DNA of 62,967 nt, filler included, from Reclinomonas americana ATCC 50394 (Eukaryota): assembly GCA_048213135.1 (NCBI GenBank). It is 6 parts of 2 records of this genome, joined end to end, with 100 filler letters (N's around TTAATTAATTAA, not from the genome) between each part and the next. Parts side by side here need not be neighbours in the genome. Positions count along the whole stretch, not along the records: positions 15,366 to 25,930 come from PS015229.1; positions 26,031 to 29,833 come from PS015230.1; 4 more parts are not named here. One strand, given 5' to 3'. Made by a program: the position numbers and the translations under genes. The notes under the pieces are model-generated. The model was not told the origin of the DNA, did not search any database, and saw nothing but the letters and a program-made list of their open reading frames with translations. Of the stretch, positions 15,405-27,222 are shown in pieces; position 1 is the stretch's first letter; the number at the start of each line of letters is the position of its first letter.

Positions 15405-15643
15405 AGTGTCTCTCTGTGTCTAAGTACACACACCCTTCTCCCTCCCACCCTCCCCCCCCAACGCAACTAGTGACCCGACGGACACGTGACACACGCCCCA
15501 CTCGTCGCATCAAAGTACGTGCCGGCCGCACAGTTCGGCCCACACGTTGTCGCCGACACCAATTGAACCGACAACAACACCACCATCATCAAAGTCACAA
15601 TGAATGATGATGACAATACGCGACTGCTTTTTCTCTTTTCCAT
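156..15643 (-). CDS. Giant secreted/surface cysteine-rich protein with tandem GCC2/GCC3 (ephrin-receptor-like, CPxGxYC) repeats; dozens of short introns; 3' end runs off the window
   Basis: The first exon encodes a signal peptide (MEKRKSSRVLSSSFIVTLMMVVLLSVQLVSA-TTCGPNCAAGTYFD). Hand-spliced GT-AG exons give a continuous array of CPAGYYCPxG...PxxCxxGTY...CxxCPAG units. The repeats end near 700, followed by non-repetitive exons (QNQYEVVLDPSTGDILVLKPG; SYSGGTTGIYSPEL). Confidence 0.93.
15266..15365. other. Artificial scaffold linker (N-TTAATTAATTAA-N, 100 nt)
   Basis: A 12-mer with stops in all six frames, centred in Ns. The identical structure occurs five times in the window. Confidence 0.95.
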
Positions 15644-17341
15644 GCGATCTCCTCGTCGACTAGTGGAGACTGCAAGCATTTTCGTCGCCTGCGCGCTGTG
15701 TGCCGTCAATGGGCACAAAACGTGCGTCATGGCGGCTCACTCTTGCGCGCGCTTTTTTCAATCACTCTCTCTCTCTCTCTGTTCTGACTGTCTTTCTTTT
15801 TTCTAGTCTAGTGTGTTGTGTGTGTGTGGGAGGGGGGCGAGTGTGCACAAAGACACACGCACACGCACACGCACACACACTCTTCGCGGTGAGATCAGAA
15901 AAAATCGGTTGTTGGGCGGCTGTGTCGGTCCATCGGACACGTGACCAATCGACTTCAAGCAAAGCAGAGAGAAACGGATTGGCTGCAACTGGCGGGCTCG
16001 CTCGTTGGCTGATCGGGTGGTGCGGGAAGCAGGTGGTGAAAGGGCGGCGAGAGGTGATGCAAGATCACATGTGTTCGAATTCGTTCTTCTCTGAGACAGG
16101 CATGGAGAAACGACCTGTTTGCAGTGGGCAGATGATGCGCTGCGTCAAGCACGGCGATCGAAGGAGGAGGAGGGGAAGGAGGGGGATTTTGATGACCGTT
16201 TTAACGGTATTTCAAATTTGCCGGCGAATTCGCGATCGAAGCGCGAAGCACGGAGGAATGTCACAGACTGGCAACATGTGAATGAGCAGACGGAGTATTG
16301 TCGCCATTCTGCAAGTGCAGCCCCCTGCGGATCATGATATTTTCGAACCACTCGAATTCCGAATCCGATGCGATTGCAAAGCAGATCGCCCTCCTCCGAC
16401 TCGTCGAAGCTACGTGAGCGAATGCATTCACAAGCAACCTGCCGCTGGGGTAAGGAATGGCATTCGCGATCAGGTTCTGCAGTTGCACACGCTCAGACTT
16501 GATCGCGATCGCAGTTGCCCCCTTGCGAACGAACCGTTGCCGTCGTCCACGAGCCGATTCGGACTGCTGTAAATGGCACGGCACGGTGCACCTCGAAGCA
16601 CTCCAGTCTGCACATGTGACGTTTGCTGGCGATTGCGGGGAACGAGCATGCAGAATTCGAAGCGAAAACCAATGTGTTCAGGATCACATTGATATCGCTG
16701 TGATCCCTTGTCCGTGGTTGGGTTTTCCGAGAGAATCCCTCGCAACAGCACCAGCTGGAGTCGCCAGCCGAGCGCGCACCAGCCTCGAATGACCGGTGAT
16801 CGCGAATTCGAACACGCTCCGCACCGGATCGCGATCAATCCTTCGCACACTGCCAGTGCCGCACGTGTGCACTCGCATGCTGACCACCACCACCACCACC
16901 ACCACCACCACCACCACCACAACACACGTACATGGGCCAGCACCTGTCCGCCCACACAGAGCGAGTCGATCCCCCCTTTTGGTCTTCGCACACTCCACGA
17001 GCTTTTTTCCGTCCACTCACGGAAGCAGAGAATCTGCCGTGAGGGGAACGCTCACTCCCACTCGCTTACGCAAGCACCTCCCAGCGACCCCCCATTCCGC
17101 AGTCTCCGGGGGTCGATGTCGACGTCCGCGCGGCCGCTCACCACACCAATTCGCCTGCCAAATCCGTCGCTCGCCCAAAACCTCCGATCCATCTATCACA
17201 CCCAGTGCACGCGCGCGCACACTGCACTCCACGCACCACTCGCCCAACTTCACAACCACCTCACCCATTATTCGAACACCGTCCTGTTTCGCAAGTTTCT
17301 GTGACGCACACGCAGACGCGCGACACTCACGACACACATCG

Positions 17342-18794
17342 ATGAGCTCCGCCTCTTCGGATGACCAGCCGCCACCGCAGAAGCGGTCGCGCCAAGCACG
17401 GAAAGCATGCGCACATTGCCGAGTTGCGTCGCGCAAACGCGTGTTTATGCGCATGCCCAACACACACTCACTCGCACACACGCCATAGGCCTCACACTTA
17501 TCGTGCTCTGACGAACGCCCGTGTCACCGCTGTGTGGCACACGGACACGGTACGCACAAGAGACACACACACACTCTTTCTCTCACGTCACTCACTGTCA
17601 CACAGAGTGCGTCGACGTTCCAATGACACTGCACTGGGTGCAGTCGCACTTGACCCCGCCACCCACGCGCAAACGAGCTGACAATGCACCGCTGTACACG
17701 TCACTGCGCGGAGAGGAGCACAACAGCAACGGGCACGCGAGGTCGGTCACAGGCAAGCGCTCAAGAGAGGAGGACGATGGTGCTGGCGATGAGACTGTGG
17801 AGGTATCTCTCGTTCTCTCTCTTTTCTCTCTCCCTCTGCTCAGCGGGCTTATGTGTACAGCAGCAGCAGCAGCAGCAGCCTGGACCACCACCGCAACCAC
17901 CGCAGCCGTCGACCGCAGCGGTGGCGGCCACTAGTGCAGTTCCTCTGTTGCGACCCCCGCCTGTGCCTTCATCGGCAATCGCAGCTGCAGCCGCGGCCGC
18001 AGCAGCAGCGGCGGCGGCAAATGCGGCAGCTGCTGTTGCACCGCCCATGGTGCCGGTGATGAGATGGTCGGAGCATGCACCAGTACCGGCACTGGGAGCG
18101 GAGCAGCACTTGTTGGAGTCGCAGCAGCAGCAGCAGCTGGCGTTGCGCGGGTCGATGGATCGCATGGCGAATGCGGCTGCGGTGTATGTGTCGCCGGCGG
18201 AGTCGTTGGTGATGCGGCTGGGTGGATCGTGTTGGGGCGAGCATGTGACGGCGGCCGATGCAATGGCCACGGCGCTCGATCGGCAGGTGCGTTTGCGTGT
18301 GCGGGAATGTCTGTGCGGTTGTGCAGAAGCTGATTGGATGGTGGCGGCGGCTGCAGGTGGCGCTCATGTTGTACTCGGCGGTGAATCTGCCGGTGTGTCT
18401 CGTGTCGTCGACGAATCCGGGCGAGATTCTGGCCTGCAACCGCGCGCTATGTGAGCTGCTGGAGATCTCGCGCGAGGAGATTATGCGTGATCGCATGGTG
18501 TTTCGCACGTTTGTGGCCCCCGAGGACATTCCCACGCACCTGAAGATGATTGCCGAGTTCATGATTGGCCGCGTGATTATCCCGCACCGCAAGCGCCTCA
18601 TCACCTATCGCACTCGACGCATCGTCGATTGCGTCTTCAATGCCTCCTCCTTCCGCGCCCTGCCGCCATTACCGGCGAAACCCGGTGACACGCCAGCCAC
18701 CGTGCCGCCCGTGGTTGCCCCCTCACCCAATTCCGCACTCACCGCCAACGAGATTGATCGAGTTCTCATTCTCCACCTGACGCCCCTCGTCTGA
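17342..18794 (+). CDS. Zn(II)2Cys6 transcription factor with C-terminal PAS-like domain (Ert1/Rds2/Gsm1-AcuK/AcuM type), 5 exons
   Basis: Spliced RKACAHCR|ASHLSCSDERPCHRCVAHGH|ECVD has six Cys. A Q/A/P-rich linker follows, then PAS-like NLPVCLVSSTNPGEILACNRALCELLEISREEI. Confidence 0.88.
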
Positions 18795-19017
18795 GGAGCG
18801 AGCGACCGAGGTGTATGTAGAAATGACGCGGGGTAGATGGAGTGAGCGAGGGAGGGAGGGAGGGAGGGTGCGGGAGGGAGGGAGGAATATATGTAACATG
18901 AAATAAATCATTCGCACGTGTGCGGTAAGGGGGGAGGGAGGGGAGGGAGAGCGAGGGGAGAGGGAAGGTGAGGTCTTCAGAGTGTCGTTGTTGTTGTCGT
19001 TGACTGACGCCAACAAG

Positions 19018-19790
19018 ATGACAACAAGAGCTCGCTGGAGACGGCTGCTGAAGTACCGCGACCTGATGGGCGCAAGCAGAAGCGCGTCGTCTTCTGTGGT
19101 CGTGCAGGTGCAGGAGGCACAGGTGACGAAAGGGCTGGTTGTGGAGCTCACCGTGGCGCACCCGAAGGGCGAGGAGGCACTGCGCAAGTTGGCGAAGTAT
19201 GCCGAACGCACATTGGAGTGGCGTGGTAACGTAACGTGCCGATTGTTGTCACCCAAGTTGGATCGTGTGCACAGATAGGCATTGAGAGCGGCCAGCTGCG
19301 CCGAGAGGTGCACCGGTGGACAGGTACTGCGCACGCGACGTTCGCTTTTCGCTGTGCCGGTGGCTCAACCAGAGCCAAGCAAACAATCTCCCACCCGCAG
19401 CCTCAGGGCAATTGGAATCATCGCGTCGCTACTGCAGCACCCAGCTTCAACGAGTTCAGCATGAGGCCAACACGCGTTTGATTGGCTTTGCTGTTGGAGA
19501 AGAGATTGTGTGTCTTGTTGGAGTGTCAAGGCCATTGTCGGCAAGAGATTTGTGGGCGTTTATCGCATTATTGGAATGTGGTGCACGAAGTTTGTCGTTT
19601 TATTTGTTGTTTCACACGATGGTGCACATGGATCCAAATCTGGATCCTCATTATTTTCTCTCCCAGAATCGCCAACATCGCCTTGCAGCTTCCTCTCGCA
19701 CTATTCCCGAGTCTCACAGCCTTCGCACGCGTGTTGTCGAGCATCGGCGCGGCAAACATTTCCGTCTACGGTCTACGGTGCTCTGATTGC
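19018..19790 (+). CDS. Possible hypothetical multi-exon gene
   Basis: Coding-like ORF (MTTRARWRRLLKYRDL...PKGEEALRKLAKYAERTLEW) with plausible GT-AG sites downstream. No recognisable motif, and the exon chain is unresolved. Confidence 0.3.
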
Positions 19791-20333
19791 TCGCGGACCC
19801 TCGGAGTCCGATCGCGCAACTCCGAGATCAATCAACGTGTTCGAGTCCATTCGCGCTTCCACGCAGCAAGTGCGCACATACAACGCGGCTTTCTTTCGGG
19901 CCACCTCCGTGCACACACCTCCGCGCCCTCATTTCCCCTATCGGAGCCCGTTCCTCCGAGCACTCCTTTGTTTGAGTTGCGCATTTGAATATGACAGAGA
20001 GTGAGCAACTGCAGCAGCAGCACAAGAGTGCATTCTCGCCAGTGCTACGTGCAAGTGCTGCCTCACGCACGCCTCCACAGTTGCTGCATCACTTGTGTTG
20101 TGTGTGTGTGTGTGGGAGAGAGAGAGAGACTGGGAGTAAGTGCATCAGTGTCGCACTCTCGTAGGCGTCGCTTTAGGCGACGTAGGCGTCCACTTATCCT
20201 TCGCCTTGGTCACTGAGACAGTCTCACGCACTCACTCACTCTCTCTCCCTCTCTCACACATTCTCTCTCTTCTCCCTCCACTCACTCACTCCCCCCTCTC
20301 TCTCCCTCACGCAGAGATCGCGTTGTCTTAATC

Positions 20334-22671
20334 ATGGAGCACACTGGCAAGCATCGACGCGAGGAAGACTCCCCGCCTCCACACAATCATCATCAACACA
20401 ATCACCACCACGAAGATGGCCACGCGTACCACTCGCATGCCAATGGCAATGGCGACGATGCGGGGCCGCAGAAGAAGAGGAGGAAGCAGGTCAAGCGCGC
20501 GTGTCTGCACTGCAGGGTGAGTGCATCCTTCTCCCTCCTTTGCCCTCCCCACCTCTTTCTCACCCCGTCCCCCTCAGAAATCCCACCTCTCCTGCGCGGA
20601 CGAGCGACCTTGCCCCCGATGCAAGCGCATGAACATTGACTGCGTGGACACGGACCCGTCCGAGGCCCTCGGTGCCGGCGGCAGTGCTGCTGCTGCTGCT
20701 GCTGGTGTCTCGGCGTTGTCGCACTCTGGTTCGTCGGCCGCCGGTCGTGCGCAGCAGCCGGTCGGAGCATTTGGAGTGCCCGATGCTGTCGTCAGAGCTG
20801 GTGAGCATTTTCTTTGCTTCTCTCTCTCTCTCTCTCTCCTTACTCTGCTCTCTCCAACTCACACTCGCATTTTGCAGCCATTCACCTGCTGTCGAGCTCA
20901 GGCGTGAGCAACGAAACCCTCAACGCCCTGATGCGCGCCACGGCCGCTGTGGCAGGCTCTGACGGGTCCTCGGCTGCGCCCGGCACATTCTCGCAACCAC
21001 CGCTGGCGATGCCCATGTCACATCAGCAACAGCTTCCGCTGCTGCCGCCGCCACCACCTTCGCATTCGCAATATTCACATGCGGAGAATGGAGCCGCGGT
21101 GTTGGCTGCCGCCGCCGCTGCGGCTGCCGCCGGTGTCAACGGCACTCCGCTGCCGCCCACTGGCGCCTCGTCATCCTCTCTGTCCGCCCGCTTCGCGTTC
21201 GCGCCCAGTAACCCGTCGATGTATCCGTTGCCTGCTGCCTCGGCCGCCAACTCTGCGTGGTCACCCGCCCCGCCACTGCCCGACTCGTACCCACCCACTT
21301 CGTACACGCCCGGCTCCACCACCACCAACACCTCGGGTGGCAGCGGCGGCGATCTGTTCTCCTCGTCGTCACCTGCTGGTGCCGGTGCTGCTGCTGGTGC
21401 GGCCGCCGTCGCCGGTCAGTTGGACGAGGCGCTCTTCCACGAGCGTTTCTCCGACTGGCCAGTGATGGATGGTCTGTTCGACTTTGGCAATGCCGAAGAG
21501 CTGGAACGCATGGACGACATCCACGAGGCGTTGCTGATGAATGGCGGCGGACCCGACGACGACATGGCGTCGGCGGCCGCCGATACAGTGTCGGTGGGCG
21601 TGACGGCGGTGGACGCCTCATTAGCCTCCGGTTCGGCGGCCGATGCAGCATCCTCCTCTTCCTCTTCGTCATCGTCGTCGTCGTCGGCAGCTGCCGCCGC
21701 TGCTGCTGCCGCCGCCGCCGCAGCAGCAGCCGCGAGTGGCGGCGATTTCTCAGCACCGTGTGGTTTCGAGTCTGCTGCGTCATCGCCGGCTGCGGGGGCG
21801 GGTAGCGGAAGCCAGCAGTTTGCGTCGCGCAAACGACTCGGCGTGAAGGAGTCTGCTGCGTGGGTGCTGGAACTGAAGTCGGAGGACCGTGAACGGCTGA
21901 TGCGCACGATCGAGGAGTACAAGAAGTGCGTGCTGGAGGCCTACAATATTCGACGCAAGCTGACCAAGGAGCCGAGCGAGACGCACCGATTGTACTGCGA
22001 GGCGCTGCTGAAGCTGGCGTGTGAAAAGGTGTGCTCTCTCCCACGCTCATCTCACTGTGTGTATGCCCGCTCACTGTTGCATCTCTTGCTAGAAACACGC
22101 CATTCTGCGCGATCCGCGATTCCGACCGTTGCCACTGTGGGGCCGAGCGGTGGAGCAGGCCTATGCCGAGACCAAGAAACTAGAACAAGATGTTGCGTCT
22201 CGTGCTCTCCTCCCCCCCTCCTCTCTCTCCCTCTCGCTCTCCTTGTTGTGCCATCTCAACTCATATCTCCCCTCCCCTCTTTGTGTTCATTCCCAGATTG
22301 CGGTGTTGGCGTGGCACTCGTCAAATGTGCCGTGCATGACGCTGTACGAGTGTGGCTACATCGAAACCTTCAATCCGTCATTTGCCACGCTCTTTGAGTT
22401 GCCGCCGATGAACTCGGAGAATGCCGGCAAGCCGGGCCACCGCAAGCGCTTTGCCGACTTTATCCCGCCGGAGCAAGTGGCCGCACACGTGGAGATGATC
22501 CCCGACGAGCTGATGCAGTCACGCAATACCTTCCGCGGCCGCTTCATGACGCAAGTGTCGCACCGCGAGATCGACTGCCAGTGCATTGTGACGTCGTACA
22601 CCACCGCCGAGGACTCGACCAATCGCCGCATTATCTGGCACCTCCTGCCCATTCAAGAGAGTTTCTCGTAG
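20334..22671 (+). CDS. Second Zn(II)2Cys6-PAS transcription factor (Ert1/AcuK type)
   Basis: KKRRKQVKRACLHCR|KSHLSCADERPCPRCKRMNIDCVD, then an Ala/Ser-rich middle, then C-terminal PAS-like VPCMTLYECGYIETFNPSFATLF...FADFIPPEQ. Confidence 0.9.
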
Positions 22672-22726
22672 TTGCCCCCACAACCCTGTCGAAAAGAGAA
22701 AAAAGTAGTAATATAATCTGCGAGAC

Positions 22727-22992
22727 ATGTCGTTGTTTATGTCGAGAGAGAAAGAGAGGCAGGAGGGGGAAGAGAGACAGGAGTGGGAAGGAGAGAGGGA
22801 GGGAGGGAGGAGATGAAAAGAGTGAGGAGAAGGCTCTCTCTTTCTCTCTCTCTCTCTCTCNNNNNNNNNNNNNNNNNNNNCTCTCTCACACACATGTTGC
22901 ACAGCATCTCTGGTCTCATTGGTGCAGGCAAGACAACACTCGCCATCGCACTCTCAAAGGAACTCGGTGAGTGAGCACACATTCAGAGAGCG

Positions 22993-23040
<48 letters not shown>

Positions 23041-24254
23041 TGAGAGTGAGAGATGAATGTGCACTCACGCGCACGCGCACCCACACGCACTGAGGGAGAG
23101 AAGAGCACGCACTTCCTCTCTTCTCTTTCTCTCTCTCTCTCTCTCTCTTTCACTCTTCTCTCTTCTCACTCTCTGGTCTCCGCAAACACAGGTCTTCCTG
23201 TGTGGCATGAGCCTGTCGCCGACAACGAGTACCTTGCCGACTTTTACGCCGACATGCGCAAGTACGCCTTCCCGATCCAAATCTACCTGCTCAATCGCCG
23301 CTTCCAGCAGCACCAGCAGATTATCTGGTCGGGACGCGGTGGTGTGCAGGATCGCACCATCTACGAGGATGCCATCTTTGCGAAGGTGAGAGGAGAGGAG
23401 AGAGAGAGAGAGCAATCGCAAAGGCGATGCCGTTGACGTTCTTCGCTTTCGCTCACCTCTCTGACGCACTCTACTTTCTCTGTTGACTTATGCTTACCTG
23501 TCTCTCTCGCCTTTCTGCCTCGCTCTCGTGTTCATTTGATTCTGGCGCTGTGTTCTCTCTTCCCTCTCTCTCATCTCTCTCACTGTCAACTTCCTCATTC
23601 TCTGCATTCTCCTTCTCTCCCTCTCTCTCTTTTCTCGCATTCCTCCCTCTTTCCTCTCTCTTCTGTCTCTCTCTCTGTCTCTCTCTTCTGTCTCTCTCTG
23701 CCTCTCCTCCCCTCTTTCTCACCCTGTGCCATTCATTCCAGATGCTGACGGAGAGCGGGCTGATGGAGGAGCGCGACTACCGCACGTACTTGTCGCTGTT
23801 CTCCCACATGTCGAACTTTATGAAGAAGCCGAATGTGATTGTGCACTTGGACCTGAGTCCGGAGGAGTCGCTGGCGCGCATCCACGCCCGAAAACGCGAG
23901 TGCGAGAGCGGCATCAGCATTGAGTATCTGCGCGGCTTGCACCGCTGCTACGAGGCCTTCATCACCGAGATCTCCACCGTGATCCCCGTCATCAAGGTCA
24001 ACTACTCACAGTTCCGCACACCCGAGGAGATGGCGGCGGTCATTCGCCGTGAGTTCTCCAAGATTCACAACATTCGCGAGGTGACGTGGACGGGCGACGA
24101 CGCGGTGTCGCCCACCGTCAACAGCAGTATGCCCGCCGGCAAGGCGCTGTCGGCCAGCTCCTCCGACTCAGGCAACGGGTCGGATTGCGACGATGCCGAG
24201 GACGCCACGGCGGTGACAGTCATGGAGCATGAGCCAGTGGTGCATGCAGAATGA
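22727..24254 (+). CDS. Deoxynucleoside kinase (dNK family)
   Basis: P-loop ISGLIGAGKTT plus EPV, QIYLLNRRF, DRTIYED, the lid region RIHARKRECE and ISIEYL. The start exon MSLFI at 22727 is tentative because the first intron contains an N-gap. Confidence 0.92.
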
Positions 24255-25930
24255 GAGTGGGAGGAGAGTGGAAGAGAAAAAGGAGACGGCGAATGAAATC
24301 AATGTATCTAACACCGGGGCGACGTCGATGCAGTGGAGAGGTTTAGGGAGGTGAGTGGGATTGGGGTGTGAAAGAAGGTGTGCGTTATGTAAAACTCTGT
24401 TTGTGCGTGTTTCAGGAAACTGGTGTTCGTGTCGTGTTTCGCACGCTGCATGACTCGCTCTATTTGCGGAGGATATGATGTCAACATTATCGTGCACCAG
24501 TGCACACTGGCGCCGCAGATGCGCAGAGGGCTGGCTGTTGTTGTGTGATGAGTGTTCGGTTTTTGGTGACCGGACACGAATTGGCCGTCATCAACATCAA
24601 ACATTTGCGTGCCACTGCTGCGGCCGCGGTGGTGGAGTGTCGGCGCCGCCGGGTGGTCAAGGTGAGTCGAGGATGCATCACATGTACGCAGTGGTGTGTC
24701 GCTTTGATGACTTCTGTTTGCCGCGCGTGATCACTCGCTGATTGTTTTCGCATTCAGATCGCACATACGGGGAGTGCCCAGTGAGCGCTTGCGGTGCACT
24801 TGTGTTGACTGTCCACTGGGCGACACTCAGAGTGCCTCCACATGCACAGTGCGTGATGACAAGGGACCTGTGTCCGGATCCGATGTGGTTCGTGACGATG
24901 ATGATGATGATTTTGCAGCACGCACATTCATCACAACAGCACCTGCAGGAAGAGGGACCACGCAACACTGCACCACCCCTGACCAGTGCCAATAGCCACC
25001 GTCGAACACACCGATGGCGACAACGTGCGCGGTGCAGGCCCTCTTTGTGCAACCAACCAACACATTGGCANNNNNNNNNNNNNNNNNNNNNNNNNNNNNN
25101 NNNNNNNNNNNNNNNNNNNNNNNNNNNNNNNNNNNNNNNNNNNNNNNNNNNNNNNNNNNNNNNNNNNNNNNNNNNNNNNNNNNNNNNNNNNNNNNNNNNN
25201 NNNNNNNNNNNNNNNNNNNNNNNNNNNNNNNNNNNNNNNNNNNNNNNNNNNNNNNNNNNNNNNNNNNNNNNNNNNNNNNNNNNNNNNNNNNNNNNNNNNN
25301 NNNNNNNNNNNNNNNNNNNNNNNNNNNNNNNNNNNNNNNNNNNNNNNNNNNNNNNNNNNNNNNNNNNNNNNNNNNNNNNNNNNNNNNNNNNNNNNNNNNN
25401 NNNNNNNNNNNNNNNNNNNNNNNNNNNNNNNNNNNNNNNNNNNNNNNNNNNNNNNNNNNNNNNNNNNNNNNNNNNNNNNNNNNNNNNNNNNNNNNNNNNN
25501 NNNNNNNNNNNNNNNNNNNNNNNNNNNNNNNNNNNNNNNNNNNNNNNNNNNNNNNNNNNNNNNNNNNNNNNNNNNNNNNNNNNNNNNNNNNNNNNNNNNN
25601 NNNNNNNNNNNNNNNNNNNNNNNNNNNNNNNNNNNNNNNNNNNNNNNNNNNNNNNNNNNNNNNNNNNNNNNNNNNNNNNNNNNNNNNNNNNNNNNNNNNN
25701 NNNNNNNNNNNNNNNNNNNNNNNNNNNNNNNNNNNNNNNNNNNNNNNNNNNNNNNNNNNNNNNNNNNNNNNNGACGCGATGAGGTCATGGTTGTTGCTGT
25801 TGTTGCTGTTGTTGATGTGGTTGTTGTTGTTGGTCTTGTTGGGGGTGGTTGTCTCGGCTCACCAAGGGATGCGAAAAACTGATGAAAAGAGTGATGACAG
25901 TGCGAACGAAGGTCATTCGCGTTTTGATGA

Positions 25931-26030
25931 NNNNNNNNNNNNNNNNNNNNNNNNNNNNNNNNNNNNNNNNNNNNTTAATTAATTAANNNNNNNNNNNNNN
26001 NNNNNNNNNNNNNNNNNNNNNNNNNNNNNN
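25931..26030. other. Artificial scaffold linker
   Basis: N-TTAATTAATTAA-N, 100 nt. Confidence 0.95.
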
Positions 26031-26947
26031 GGCGGAATGAGGTGAGAGAGAGAGACACACACACACACATACACACACACACACTCTCTCACACACACGC
26101 ACACACAGGGAGGGAAAGAAAGAGAGAAGAAGAAGAAAGAAGAAGAGAGAAACAGGGAGAAGAGAACGCACACTCACACTCTCCCCTCTCTCACACTCTC
26201 CCATTCTCTCCCTTCTCTCACAAACACTCTCCCCCCTTCTCTCTCTCACTCCCCTTCTATTCCATCCTCTCTCAAGAGAGAGACACAGAAGAGAATACAC
26301 GCACTCACGCTCCCCATTCTCTCCGTCACACTCCCTCTCTCTTTCCCTCTCTCGCGCTCACACACACTCTCCTCCTCCTCACTCTTTCTTGTGTGAGGAG
26401 TACCATTCAGACAATATAGCACGAGCGGTCACTCTTTGCGCACTCTCACTCTCACAGCACTCTCCTTTCGTCGTTTTTTGCGCACGCTTTGGGGTGCTCG
26501 ATCTCCTCTCTCTCACACACACATGCGCTCTCTCATGTGCTCATTCTCCGTCGATTACGACTGGTACTTTGTACACACTACTGATGCACGCCAGTTCATC
26601 TCCTCTCGAACACACGCATTTGAATCTCCTCCTCTTACACTCCTTCTTCCTTTCTCCTTCGCTTTCTCTCTCATCGTTCACTCGCACTGTCTCCAGTGCT
26701 CATTTAACTGCTTTCCTTGATCCCTGTTGCTCATTGCGCACTGTTCCTCCTCTTCCCTTTTCTCTCTCCCTCTCCCCTTTTCCCTCTCTCCCTCCCCTTC
26801 TCTCTCCCACTCCTTGCACCTTCGCATCTACCGCCACCGTGGCTCCCTTCCCTCACACTCGCCACTGTCGTGGTCGCATGCACGACACTTCACGATCCTC
26901 TCCTTGAGCATTTTTTTGGTTTGGTTCCTTACCAACCCCCGATGCAG

Positions 26948-27222
26948 ACACCCATGTTTGGCACTCGCACGGCGCTGATGTGCGGCACCAAGTCGGGGCG
27001 ACTGGCGCTGTTCGATTCGCTCTTTCCCGAGTCACCGTTCGAGACGACCACGTGTGCCGCGCAGTCGGCGCTGCAGGTCCATCGCAGCGCGGTCACGGGA
27101 ACTGCCGTGGCCGCGCCGTCCATGATCTTCACGTGCGGCTGCGACCATCATCTCACGTGTGTGGACGTGTCGAGTGGAAGGCCGGTGGTGCGCGACACGC
27201 TGTCGCCGCCGTCGGCATCCGC
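26948..27222 (+). CDS. Exon of a probable WD40/beta-propeller protein (fragment, cut by gap)
   Basis: A polypyrimidine tract and CAG acceptor precede LMCGTKSGRLALFD...VHRSAVTGTAV...IFTCGCDHHLTCVDV, which is WD40-like. Confidence 0.5.

Noticed and set aside
16282-16572. ORF starting MSRRSIVAILQVQPPADHDIFEPLEFRIRCDC, faintly ASF1-like
   Set aside because: Downstream ASF1 motifs (LEWK..YVGS, EF.RVGYYV) are not recoverable by any splice I could find.
24475-25069. Possible plus-strand exons with a GTGAG donor near 24662
   Set aside because: No recognisable motif and truncated by gaps, so a call cannot be supported.
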